A stretch of 60,169 bases of DNA, the filler included, from Sphacelaria rigidula (Eukaryota): the NCBI GenBank assembly GCA_964200075.2. It is 9 parts of 9 records of this genome, joined end to end, with 100 filler letters (N's around TTAATTAATTAA, not from the genome) between each part and the next. Parts side by side here need not be neighbours in the genome. Positions count along the whole stretch, not along the records: positions 1 to 6,597 come from CAXNAA020019146.1; positions 6,698 to 13,294 come from CAXNAA020019147.1; 7 more parts are not named here. One strand, given 5' to 3'. Numbering within the stretch: the stretch's first letter is position 1; every line of letters starts with the position of its first letter. Below the pieces are notes generated by a model that was not told the DNA's origin, did no database searches, and was given only the letters and a program-made list of their open reading frames with translations. Made by a program: the position numbers and the translations under genes. Of the stretch, positions 1-10,620 are shown one piece after another.

Positions 1-288
1 GAACAAAGGTGGCATGAAATCGTTCGATGCATGAGACAACAGGGAGAAAGCGATGGCTATACTAGGAGATAGATGGTGGTCAGAGATGGCGAAACAGGAC
101 GGGGATGAGATAAGTAAAAGGTTTTTGTGTAATGCATGAACGAAACGCAATGAGCTGCTGAAGAACCGTAATAAGCGCCAGAATGTAGGAGGTGTCTCTC
201 TTAGGAGTAGGAACGGTGCTCCGTCTCGAAAGGGATGCGTGGTCAATGGTCAAACGACTAAGGCAAGCAACAAATAAGTACGCCCCCC
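1..288 (+). repeat. Dispersed repeat family A (probable non-autonomous TE end)
   Basis: Ends GTGCTCCGTCTCGAAAGGGATGCGTGGTCAATGGTCAAACGACTAAGGCAAGCAACAAAT(A/G)AGTACGCCCCCC. Homologous copies at ~964-1192, ~7700-7756, ~21090-21160, ~21890-22122, ~30724-30797, ~39830-40082 (minus), ~46975-47045, ~47135-47330. Confidence 0.9.
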
Positions 289-963
289 TCCCCGAAAAGT
301 GGCTGGTTTGGGTAGGCAAAATATACGCGTGAATCGAAATGGAAAACGACGAACGCATCGAGCAGCTGGGAATTCCCACGCTTAGGTTCGTGGTTGTCAA
401 TGTCGCCTATATGAGGCGCTTCATGCAGCCTGAACCTAAACATCAGACGTTGTATGACCGTTTGTTTCGTGACAGCGTTGGGCTGGGTTTGGGGTGGAGT
501 TATCGTAGAAAGCGTCAAGCATGAATGAGAACTTCATACTCGAAATAGTGCGGTCGAAATGAGCCGCAATCTGTTCCGACAGCTTTTTGCTTCTCAGTGC
601 GTTTGAGTGTGTGTTTTTTGCGCGAGAACTTTCCCCCCGAGGCCATGTTGCCGAGGCCCACCATTTCAAGCTCTTCTAGTTCAACTTTTGTTTTTCCAGT
701 CTCCTCCGTTTTCTGTTCACCATTCCCTTTTGTCTTTCCAGCGAGTGTTCTTGCTCTTCTATGCGGGTACGTCTATTTTATGACCACGGGCGGATCCGTA
801 GGGGCTTAGTTGGTGTGCGACAGCATATCAAAATGAAATCAATACACATGGGAGAGGGGCAAAGTGTACGTGTCAGTTGCGGAGCGAAATGAGGTGGCTT
901 GGGACGAGGGGAGCCGGAGTCTGTCGCAGAATTGGTTATTATCAACCCCCTGCGCGAACCGTG

Positions 964-1192
964 TAGGAGATAGATGGTGGCCACAGACGGCGAAGCAAGA
1001 TGGGGATAAGACATGAAAAAGTGTTTTATGCAATGTATGGAAGGAACGTAATGTGCTAGGGAAGAAACGTAATGAGCGCCGGAATGTTGAAACTGTCTCT
1101 ATTTGGAGTAGGAACGGTACCCCGTCTCGAAAGGGATGCGTGGTCAATGGTCAAACGACCAAGGCAAGCAACAAATGAGTACGCCCCCCCCC
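964..1192 (+). repeat. Dispersed repeat family A copy
   Basis: Colinear with 60-288 (GGAGATAGATGGTGG ... CCGTCTCGAAAGGGATGCGTGGTCAATGG ... ATGAGTACGCCCCCC). Confidence 0.9.
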
Positions 1193-1227
1193 GTAGTCTT
1201 GCCTGAGACTGTTTCTCTCATGATTCG

Positions 1228-2296
1228 CGACGAGCAATGACTCGAGTACTCCCCCCCAATGTTTTTTTTCCACCACGAGCAGTGCTCGCCCTTTTTTCGT
1301 TTCCAACACAAGCAGCGTCTGGAGTGCTCGACCTATTAATTTATCTCACAACGAGCAATGACTCGAGCACTCGACCTATAAGAAGATTCCACAACGTGGA
1401 ATGATTCGAGTACTCGCCCAATTTTGTTTTTCCACCACGAGCAGTGACTCAAGTACTTGCCCTATTCTTTTTTTCCACCACGAGCAATGACTCGAGTGCT
1501 CGACCAATTGATTTTTCTCACCACGAACAAAGACTCAAGTACTCGACCCAAAGGAATGACTCGAGTACCCACCCCAATAATTTTTCCACCACAAGCAATG
1601 ACTCCAGTACTCGCTATTTTAATTGATTCCACAACGAGGAATGACTCGAGCACTCGCCCTATTAATTCTTCCACCACGAGCAATGACTCGCGCACTCGCC
1701 CTATCGGTTTTTTCCACCACAAGCAATGACTCGAGAACTCGTTTTTTAATTTTTTTTCACCATGAGCAATGATTCGAGTGCTGGGCTTGTGACTTTTTCC
1801 ACAATGAGCAATGACTCGTGTGCTTGAGTCCTTCATGTTTCCATCAGGAGCAATGACTCGAACACTCGCCCCGATGATTTTTTCCACCACAACCGATGAC
1901 TCGAGTGCTCGACCTATCTATTCATTTCACAACAAGCAAGTAATCGAGTACTCGACTTTTAATCAACCCCACAGCGACGAATGACTCGAGTACTTGCCCT
2001 GTTAAATTTTTTCACCACGAGCAATGACTCAAGTACTCGCCCCACTAACGTTTTCCACTACGAGCAATGACTCGAATACTTGACCTATTCATCGACTCCA
2101 CAACGAGCAATGACTTGAGCACTCGGCCCATAAAACAATTCCAAAACGAGGAATGACTCGAGTTCTTGCCCTGCTATTTTTTTCCACCATGAGCATTGAC
2201 TCGAGTACTCGCCCTACAAATGTGTTCACCACGAGCAATGACTCGAGTGACTCGACCCATTATTTTTTCCACCACGAGCAATGACTCGAGTGCTCG
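1228..2296. repeat. Tandem satellite, ~42-43 bp period, ~25 copies
   Basis: Consensus TTTTCCACCACGAGCAATGACTCGAGTACTCGCCC plus a ~8-12 nt variable AT-rich linker. ATGACTCGAG-like cores recur at e.g. 1598, 1641, 1683, 1726 ... 2238, 2281. Confidence 0.95.
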
Positions 2297-3639
2297 GGGG
2301 GCTCCAAGAACGGCCCGTGAGCAGCCGAACGAGTGCGAGTGCGACGAGTCATACTCGTGCTCGTCTGATGTATGAATGATTTGGCCGGTGCCTACGGAGC
2401 CCGTCAACCAAACAAGCAATCCAACAACGTGTCAAACATGATCGGGATGAAACCCCACTTGAATTGCCTTCAGTGAAAACTGTGCGTGTACAGCTACCTC
2501 CTGGACAACGTGAACCTGCAGCGTCACGGAGTCTCCCGGAACAAGAAAGGTACGTACGTGACATAAAGGACCGGGGAATATCTGTTGCAAAGGGTCTGGC
2601 GGGATTACACTCACGACGTAAATTGAACGACGCGGCAGCAATTGATCGGCATTTGGTAACCGGAACGCCAACATACGCCACTTATCTTTGGCGCACAGCC
2701 CGCGTCCAGCATTTATAGTACAGTCGTGTGCTGGCTTCAACACACCAAGAAATTGATGGTCGACAAGAGGTGAGCCTTCAGCGAGTAGTATTGATACATA
2801 CGCGACGTGGTGTATGCTCCAGTGCAACATACAGCACAAATATGAACCAGGCGTAGGGTATGATGCTCAGAGACCTCGACTGTACGAGCAGGAGCCATGT
2901 GCAGCGAGGCCATGTTCCCTGGTCACACACCACCCCTTAAGGCTGTAGCATGAAGACTGCACATTGCCCTTCACGCATGTGATCATATGTGCCATTCATT
3001 CTCATGATCGCCCCCACTCGCTGTGTACTATACCAGTAATTTACTCAGACACAATGAGGATCTAGTGTGAGGCCAACGGCCCGGAATACCACGACATTTG
3101 TCATTATCTGAGAAACTATGGAATGGTTCAAACCGCGGTGCGGTGCCGATCTTCTTTTCTTATTTCTACACCAGCATAGAGAGCCTCTGCATTGTCGTAG
3201 ATGATGACAAAAATAGCGGATGTTGGGCTACGATGCTGCACGCTTGACCCCAATTTCCTGAGTCTAAAACACCGCACGTAGCCTTGAGTACAACAGACAG
3301 CAAATTGTACACCATGAGCGCAGTACGAGGCCCAGAGACACGGATTCGCCAGCCAAAGCCATGTGAGGCGACACCGTCGCGCGAAACATGCTGCTGGTAG
3401 TGACCATTTTGACCGTGTGTTCCACGCTCAACACCGTCAACTTAGATGAAGATATCTCCACCGACACGTTACCATGAGACAATTCAACTTGCTCGGAAAA
3501 ACCAAGATACAACGCTACCAAACGCCACAAGTGCGGATGTGATATAATCTTGTTGTGAATTTATCATTTGAGGGGATATCGAAGACACGACTATCAAGAG
3601 TACAGATTTGGCCTCAAACGACGGATCTCGCTTGTGCTA

Positions 3640-4030
3640 CTCGCATGTGCAGAAAGTCATCTTGCCGAGTTTCGTACAGCGAGAAGAGTCTGCGATCGCG
3701 TCTAGGAGGGCAGAATGCAGACTGACTTTTAGGCTCGTACAAATATCAGCGTCTGGTATTCGAGCTTCCGAAGCGACAAATATCGGCGATATCTTCGCCC
3801 GAGTGGGTAGCGTGAGCCGGAGTTACTGGAGGAGGTAGCTGTCGATACGGCGAAAAAATCAAGGCCAAAAATACTTTGGCTTCATGCTTCATGGGGTCTG
3901 CTTACCACGCGCGGTGTGTGATGAAGAGGGATATCACGTGAAACACCGACTACGGGCACCACCTATTTGCGGACCCGGTGTACAAATGAGAGCGTGCAGG
4001 TTGCGAATGCCTCCAGGATCAAGTCCACAA
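3640..4030 (+). pseudogene. Degenerate Merlin/IS1595-like DDE transposase relic
   Basis: Stitching across frameshifts gives motifs in the family order: VQREESAIASRR (~VEIDES..GKRK), GDIFARV, ELLEEV..KKIKAKNTLAS..SAYH (~TL..I.PGS.I.SD.W.AY), DEEGYH, HLFADP, GV/TN (~GY.H..NH..FVDP..GVHTN). Recognised by eye only. Confidence 0.5.
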
Positions 4031-4223
4031 TGAACTCCAGTTTCAAATATTGTACATACCAACAAGGGTCTGTCAAAAATATATATCGGAACACGTAGGC
4101 CCCAAAATCGAAAATTTGAGTTTTTGAGGGGAGTGGGGGGGGGACCCCGCCGTGTGTACCCTGGTTTTTCGCCGAGGCGTTGGCGGATGCGGTCAGCTGC
4201 CGTAGACAGTAGAGATCTCTATA

Positions 4224-4322
4224 TGTACATGTATCATTTCACTTTTTTCACCACTTTTGCCGATTTTCCTCAGGCGGCAAGGCATCTTATCACGCGTTTT
4301 CTCTTGCAGTGCACGAAGAAGG
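4224..4322. repeat. ~100-bp imperfect direct repeat, second copy at ~5907-6005
   Basis: TGTACATGTATCATT..CACCACTTTTGCCGA..GCAAGGCAT..TTGCAG.GCAC.GAAGA is present at both sites. Confidence 0.8.
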
Positions 4323-4429
4323 TGCAGCGGTACCTTACCTTTCAGCTTTGGGTGTCATCTGATACCTGTGGCGCGTGTTCTGGCCATCGAAAGTCGCCCA
4401 CACTGGCTCTTTTTTGCGGGGTGTCGATC

Positions 4430-4700
4430 CCGAACCACAAAAGCCTCATCATGAAACACTTTAAACAAGAACCTGAACCACAACAGCCTTTTGAGGCGGG
4501 GTATTTATTTGCGTTCTCGTTGATTCGGGAGTACGAAGACAGCGGTTGTGTAGCGGATGTCACAAGAACAGGAAAGCAAAGCAGTTTGAAACAATTGAAC
4601 ATTGCCTTGGTCTTAGTCACCAGCAAACATAAGACCGTGCAATGAGCTGTTGGCGACTTGAACAAGGCACACACGTGGGCAAACGTCCTCACTGTCGGTC
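4430..4700 (+). pseudogene. Possible Tc1/mariner-type transposase N-terminal HTH relic
   Basis: LIREYEDSGCVADVTRTGK resembles the I.KF.ETGSV.D.PRSGRP motif. In-frame stop at 4643-4645; truncated by a family-B terminus at 4721. Confidence 0.3.
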
Positions 4701-6149
4701 AGCTGTGCTCGACAAGCGCAGGGTGTACTCATGATCATGCGTGCCATAGTCATCAGACCATTGACCTCGCAGGGGGGTGACGAAATCCCTGTGGTCATGC
4801 AACCCGTAACAGAGAGTTCCCTCAAAGGATGCACCTGTGTGAAGTACCGGCGCAGGAATGTCCTTGTGACAAGGATGTATCCCTGCACAAGTACTGGGGG
4901 CTTGAAGAAATGTACGTGAACAATGGTTGATGATATGGAGATGCCGCCAACCCTAACCCTAGCACTAACATCGACCAAGGCATACCGTGAACTCTCGGGC
5001 AAGGGGGGTGCAGATTCGTAGCTAAAGCGTGCGTCACGAGAACTCGAATCGACGCCTTTGAGCCGATTTTGGACCAAAGCACGTTCTGGACGACCTGGTT
5101 TTACTGCTCACCACTGCTCACCTGCCCCAAATCAAGATTTTTCTCAGAACTCTCTGAAACCAAGTCAAATCAGGTTCCAATCGTTGTTTATGTACATTTC
5201 TTTAGGTCTACCAGTGTCGCACTACAGGCGAATGCATACATGCGTGCGCAGATGCATGAACGTAGATATGTTGAGCGAATGGACGGCCGACGCGGTAGCA
5301 AACTGGCACCGGTCTGTACTGCGGTCCTTTCTGGATCATGACCATCTGTAGTGCACCGACCGGCATACAGTCTGTCGAGCTGCGCACTTCATGGCGCACG
5401 GCCCTAAGCGCGCTGCAGCCGCTGCGAGGCGCTGAAACATCGCTCATAGGCTGTGCAAACCACAGTCAACAGTTCCAAGTCGCTATATCTGGTGCTGTGC
5501 GCTGCAGCAGTGCGCACTAGAGGGCAAAACGGTAATATTTTGTTCCGAAAATAAGTTTTTTGCTTTTGGCGCAACACTGACTTCAGAGGATCATCTCTGC
5601 GTCGGTGCTTCGCAGGATAATAACTGTGAGTTAGCCCGCGGCTTCGGTGAGGGCCTCGCGGAGGGATACTTCGGAACGAAAACGATTAAATCTCTCATGG
5701 AGCGCTTTTTCTTCTCAACCGTGTCCTCTACTACTCTCAATCTCACGAAAACCTCGTTCTATGTAATTGGAGGCTCCCTCATCAGTTGTGTTTTTTTGTC
5801 CACGTCTAATTATTTTTCGCGGAGGGCAATATATACTTGCTCGATCGAAGCGGACGGAGCGAGGACTCGTGCGCTTTTTCTCCCTTCAATCAACCCATGT
5901 GTATCATGTACATGTATCATTCCACGTGTTCACCACTTTTGCCGAGTTTTCTCTGCCAGCAAGGCATTTTTCCTAACGCTTCCTTTTGCAGCGCACTGAA
6001 GAGGCATACTTGTACGAAGTATATTTTATACTTTCGACTTGCGTCACCCCCGGGAGGCCCGTACCAACCTCCCGAAGGGGAACCTTGTATTATATATTTT
6101 ATGTTGTAAATATATAAATAAATATGTGAGGGAGCAGAAGCAAACACAT

Positions 6150-6500
6150 ACCCCGCAAAGCCCACCAAACTCTTCGGATTCTGTCGATGTTCATCGATTA
6201 ATTTCTTGCAACAAAGTTGACAGAAAATACTGAAAAAAAGAGGACAATTTTAATTGTCGGAAAATTGCCCTCCGGCATCTGAGGTCATCGGGACAGAACG
6301 GGCAAGGAGCAGAACCAGATACAAGAACCCCACAAAGCCCACCAGACTTTTCCGTTTTTGTCAGCTTTTGTTGATCAATTTCTTGTGACAAACTTAACAG
6401 ACATAATCAAAAATAGTGTTTATTGATAAATTTCTTGCGAGAAAGTCGACAAAACAAAATCGAAAAAATCATGACAATTTTCGAGAAAATGCCCTCCGGG
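6150..6500. repeat. Imperfect tandem duplication (~180 bp unit)
   Basis: CAAAGCCC(C)ACCA..AATTTCTTG..GACAATTTT..AAA(T)TGCCCTCCGG occurs twice (~6156-6273 and ~6333-6499). Confidence 0.7.
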
Positions 6501-6597
6501 AGGGGGGGGGGGGGGGGGGGGGGGGGGAACATGTTCGCCCGACCGTTCCTCGAGGCGACGCACGGTGCAGCAGTAAATTGGTGAGATTCATTTGCAC

Positions 6598-6697
6598 NNN
6601 NNNNNNNNNNNNNNNNNNNNNNNNNNNNNNNNNNNNNNNNNTTAATTAATTAANNNNNNNNNNNNNNNNNNNNNNNNNNNNNNNNNNNNNNNNNNNN
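6598..6697. other. Artificial contig-joining spacer (N44-TTAATTAATTAA-N44); identical copies at 13295-13394, 19992-20091, 26689-26788, 33386-33485, 40083-40182, 46779-46878, 53475-53574
   Basis: Eight identical 100-bp spacers with a six-frame stop linker. The segments between them are 6597/6596/6595 bp, consistent with length-sorted contigs. Confidence 0.98.
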
Positions 6698-7781
6698 CTG
6701 CGCGCCTACAGTACGACATGCCTTATTGTACAACCACAACTAGTGCAGCACAATCACTTTGCGGCCGCGGCACAACTGACTGTAACGTCTTCCCCCTAAT
6801 CCCGCCGCACATGCCAGCCTCAACTCTCTACATTTTGCAGCTGACAGCAGCTTGATATTTCGTTTGATGGGAACTTGTCAGATCGTAGTGCTACGTGAAA
6901 GTGAAAGACGCGCGTTGATTTGCAGATTACCACGATGTGTCGTAGTAGGCACAACTCGCGATAGATCATCAGTTAGAACCGGCGGAAGGAAAGTCCGCTT
7001 CTTAAGCAGCCCAGCCTGTAGGGCGGGGAAAACACGGGTTCGCTTACCGCCAGGTGCGTCTTTTAGTAGTTTGGGTTTTAATAGTTTGGGTCCCCCCCAG
7101 AAGTGTATGTTTTCCGTGGTTGGAAACGTGACGACGCGAGTGGCAAAAAATAGTCTGTTCACCGGAGTTTGTTCGACAGCAGTCGACGCGGCGCTGGAGT
7201 GTTGGTCATTATCCAATTCGCGACACCAAAATGTAAGGCATGTGCATCGCGGGAGAGATAGGTTGATCCTTTCAGACGCCGGGCTCATCCCGAGGAAGGG
7301 GATGAGTTCAGAGCGAGAATGGGAAGAAACGTGAAGCACAGCTGCCACCAAACTCCTTTCCTACAGCGCTGACAGCACAATCGACCAAGTCAACCGCACC
7401 CACTATTACAGTATCACCCTCTCGCGAGATGGAACGCGTGCGCAACTGCAGTGGCACGCTTGGACTAAGCGCACCGAGCATGAAAATGTCAAGCTCTTCA
7501 CAATATCCGTGCCCAGATGTGATGGGGTCGCCGGTGGCCCGCACATGTACAGTACAACCACATAATAAGACTTTCCTTTGTCCTCCTCGCTCTTGCGCTC
7601 GATCCTTCTACTTTCACCTGATCCTCGTTATCTTCCAATGAAACACCAAATGAGACACCGCATCCTCCTTCCCCCCCTCACGTCTGCTCCTCGTCGGAAA
7701 GGATACACGATCAATGGTCAAATGACCAAGGCAAGAAACAAACGAGTACGCCTCCTCCCCGTCTACTTCAATTTGACTCAC

Positions 7782-7912
7782 TTATACTTGATCCCCAACA
7801 CCGACGTCCCCGTAACGATCGGTTGTCTGGTGTGCTGTCGAGCCCCGTCCATCGCAACTCCAGCGTTAACTCCCGATGCCCGAGCAGGACCGGCGGAAGC
7901 GTGGCAGAGCAT
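7782..7912 (-). CDS. PSMB4: 20S proteasome subunit beta-7 (PSMB4/Pre4), first coding exon; remainder beyond the contig end
   Basis: MLCHASAGPARASGVNAGVAMDGARQHTRQPIVTGTSVLGIKY matches the diagnostic TQQPIVTGTSV N-terminus of beta-7. Followed immediately by donor AA|GTGAGT. Start could alternatively be the ATG at 7852. Confidence 0.9.
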
Positions 7913-8829
7913 CCTCGGTGTTGTTGTCGCAAGGAGGAAGATGGGGGCGGCTATGGCACTCGCTAGGGCTAAAGCTGCAGAGCGCGGAAAACGAGATCGC
8001 ATGCAAAGGTTCTTCGTCGGAGGTCGTCGGGAGTGACGTCACACTCTGGTTTGGGAGAACAAAAAAAGCAGACGGACGGGAATGGGGAATTCAACAGTCA
8101 CAAATGAGGTCGTACGGGTACACGCAGTTGGCGGGGAGACAGGCATCGATGAAGCAGTGGCTATGGCTTCGTGGCGGTTACTCCAGGAGCTTGGCGACCT
8201 CCGGGTGCCTGCTCATGGCATGCTGATTTGAAAACGCTGCATAAAACACATGAGTGGGTGAAGCAGAGCTACAAAGGGAGGTATCGATCGCACCGTACAG
8301 AGATGCTCGCACTCATTATAATTCGCAGTGCATTCTTGCGTCGACCCTTCGTGCGCCCATGCGCAAGAAGCCCGCTTTTATCTTCATTTTTCGCCAGAGA
8401 TTCGGAACAATTGCTTTGATGGACAGACAACGCTCACGCAAAATAGTAGGCTGTTCGCACGCACATTCCCCGCATCATGGAAGTTCGTGCATAAGCCGAA
8501 GCCAGCGACATTGCCGTCTCAGGACAGAATTTCTCAACAACACAGTACAGTAGTCGTGATGACGCCAACATCAGTAGTATACGCATGCAGTTGACACACA
8601 GCTGTTGCTGAACAGCTGAACAGCGTGGCGTATTTGGTGGGGGTGTTCGTGGTGTACGCGGCGCACGCGGGTGCGGTTGGATGTTATGGTCTCGTGTCTG
8701 GGGTTCGCGATCTCCCCCTTCCCGACCCTTGCATCCAACTCAACAGGGCGAGCATAGCAGCTTGGCACACACATTACCAAGGTGCACGACCCCGCAGCGA
8801 TGCGCTTTTCCTTCTTACGAACCCCCAGT

Positions 8830-9300
8830 GCCCAAGCAAAAGCTTGTGGCGCTAGGAAGTTGGAGAGAGAGAGGGCAAATGCGGTCGGCGATTGCGTGTT
8901 GAACATGGAGGCACGAGAAGTACGACTTCATTGTAGAGCCCATATGGCCGACGACGAGCCACAGGCTAGTTGCAGCCTCTGTGAAATCCCTGGAGCTTTT
9001 ACCATAGCAAGTGAAGAGTATAAAAGTGATTATTAGACGGTCAGTTCTTGCCACAGGAAACTCTATTCCTTCCTCGTGGACAGTGGCAGAGTCATGATCC
9101 AGAAATCTAGCCTCGTACACGTCTGTAGAAAACCTTTGCAGACACTCATCCCGTGAGGTGCCGGCGACTTGACACAAATATTGTCTATTGCGCTCCGGCG
9201 ATGTAGAAAGTGCGAAAAAAAGGCGGCACATACTGAAGATCATGACACAGATACATTACAAATGTACAAGGAGTTTTTGTGGCGCGCCTTGTTCAGCAGC
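8830..9300 (+). pseudogene. Possible second Merlin/IS1595-like transposase relic (C-terminal part)
   Basis: Frameshifted motifs IPGAFTIASEEYKS, KTFAD..DTNIV..KVRKKGGT, TLQMYKEFLWRALF (~HLQSYLDEFMWR). Confidence 0.35.
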
Positions 9301-10249
9301 ACAACCCGGTATGATCGAAAATCTGCGACTTGGATATCCACACAGCATATACATGTACATGACTCGCGCGCGGCAACATGCACCACAGAGCAGACCAACT
9401 TCATGTCTCGTTACTACAACTAACGGGGTCTACAGTCCGTGCCCTGTGAAGAACCGCTTCAGAGCTTCGTTAGGACCATTAATCGATGTGTAATTATACA
9501 GAAGCGAGAGACATGCTGACAACTGCCGAGAACACTAATGTTAGTATCTGCACAGTACAGTAGACAAGTACTGCAGGGCACGAAGCTGGTACAGACGGCT
9601 CAACAGCGGCATTTCGCCCTGCCCTAGCAGCATACGCAAACTATTGTAGCCCGTGAAGCACCAATATGATTCGTGTGACACGAGGTCTTCCTCTTGTCGG
9701 CTTGGCCAGGGCGAGCCTTAGAGCTCTTGTACATTGGCTGTGGGTATTCATATGTGCTCTGTGCTTCTCGAGCAACTTGTAAGCACATGCGACGTTTTCC
9801 GGGTTTCCCCTCACCCTCCGTGACAACCTTGACGACATTTCTTTCCGAGCTTTACTTTTTGCCTACTGTGTTGATTGGTTTCACAACTCGTCGTATACAT
9901 TTAATGTGGTGAAGATGGTTTACCCAGAACAAATAGCTGCTATTCGTAGGGACGAGATATTGTCGGGAAGAAAGTTCTTGGTCACCATAGTCTTTTGGTT
10001 GCGGAGTTATCGCATTTCAATTGCGGGAACATCGCGTGAAGTTTTCAAGACTCTTGTTCATGCCTTCGCGATCCCCCCTAAAACGATCCGATATCTACGT
10101 TGCGTCACCTGAATCAAGCCTAGACGGGGGGAAAGGAGAAGATCACGTTCCAACTTCGACTCTTGACCCCACGCAGTGCTGATCCAAAAATTCAAGTGAG
10201 CACGTCGTGTCGCTTACATCTCAAGCTACACGACAGTACGCTTCACTTG

Positions 10250-10620
10250 CACTTTTCGTGAACTTTCCAAGGCCAGGTTGGGTTGGGTATACCCGATATT
10301 TTGCTCTTGTTTTTCAAAGGAGATCCGATCCATGCCCACAGCAGCTGCCAGCCCAGTTCCGGTGTTCCCTTTCTAAAGCCTATAAAAGCAATTGTGACTG
10401 ACTTCAGCAAGTGATGTGCGACTTTTCAAAATATTCAAATATCGGGTATACTCTACCCAGCATGCACTTTTAGTGGGAATTTTCTCTCGTGCACCCCTGG
10501 CCTTATCACCATCAAAAACGAGCCCAAAACTATCGATTACTTAGGTACAGACTACCATCACATTCACACGTGTCGGCAATTCGTCGAGCTTGACCTCACG
10601 TCCGGACATTCCTGTCATTT
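10250..10620 (-). pseudogene. Unidentified decayed coding relic, possibly a DNA transposase
   Basis: One frame reads through scattered stops: ...KIPTKSACWVEYTRYL...EVSHNCFYRL*K, resembling the VS..FYR.WK motif of some DNA transposases. Confidence 0.2.

Noticed and set aside
1228..2296. CRISPR-like array (palindromic repeat with variable spacers)
   Set aside because: Linkers are only ~10 nt and AT-rich, repeats are degenerate, there are no cas genes, and the context is eukaryotic.
2349..3530. Endogenous viral or other gene upstream of the Merlin-like relic
   Set aside because: Only short interrupted frames; no motif I can recognise.
4948..4968. Telomere-like CCCTAA units (also ~15077 and ~24345)
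   Set aside because: Only 2-3 imperfect units; cannot be told apart from chance or small interstitial remnants.
6642..6653. TTAATTAATTAA recurring every ~6.7 kb as a biological periodic motif
   Set aside because: Always centred in N runs; it is an artificial linker.
7308..7544. VIVGAVDLVDC resembling an ASCH domain
   Set aside because: A single short motif inside the proteasome gene intron; no other ASCH motifs seen.
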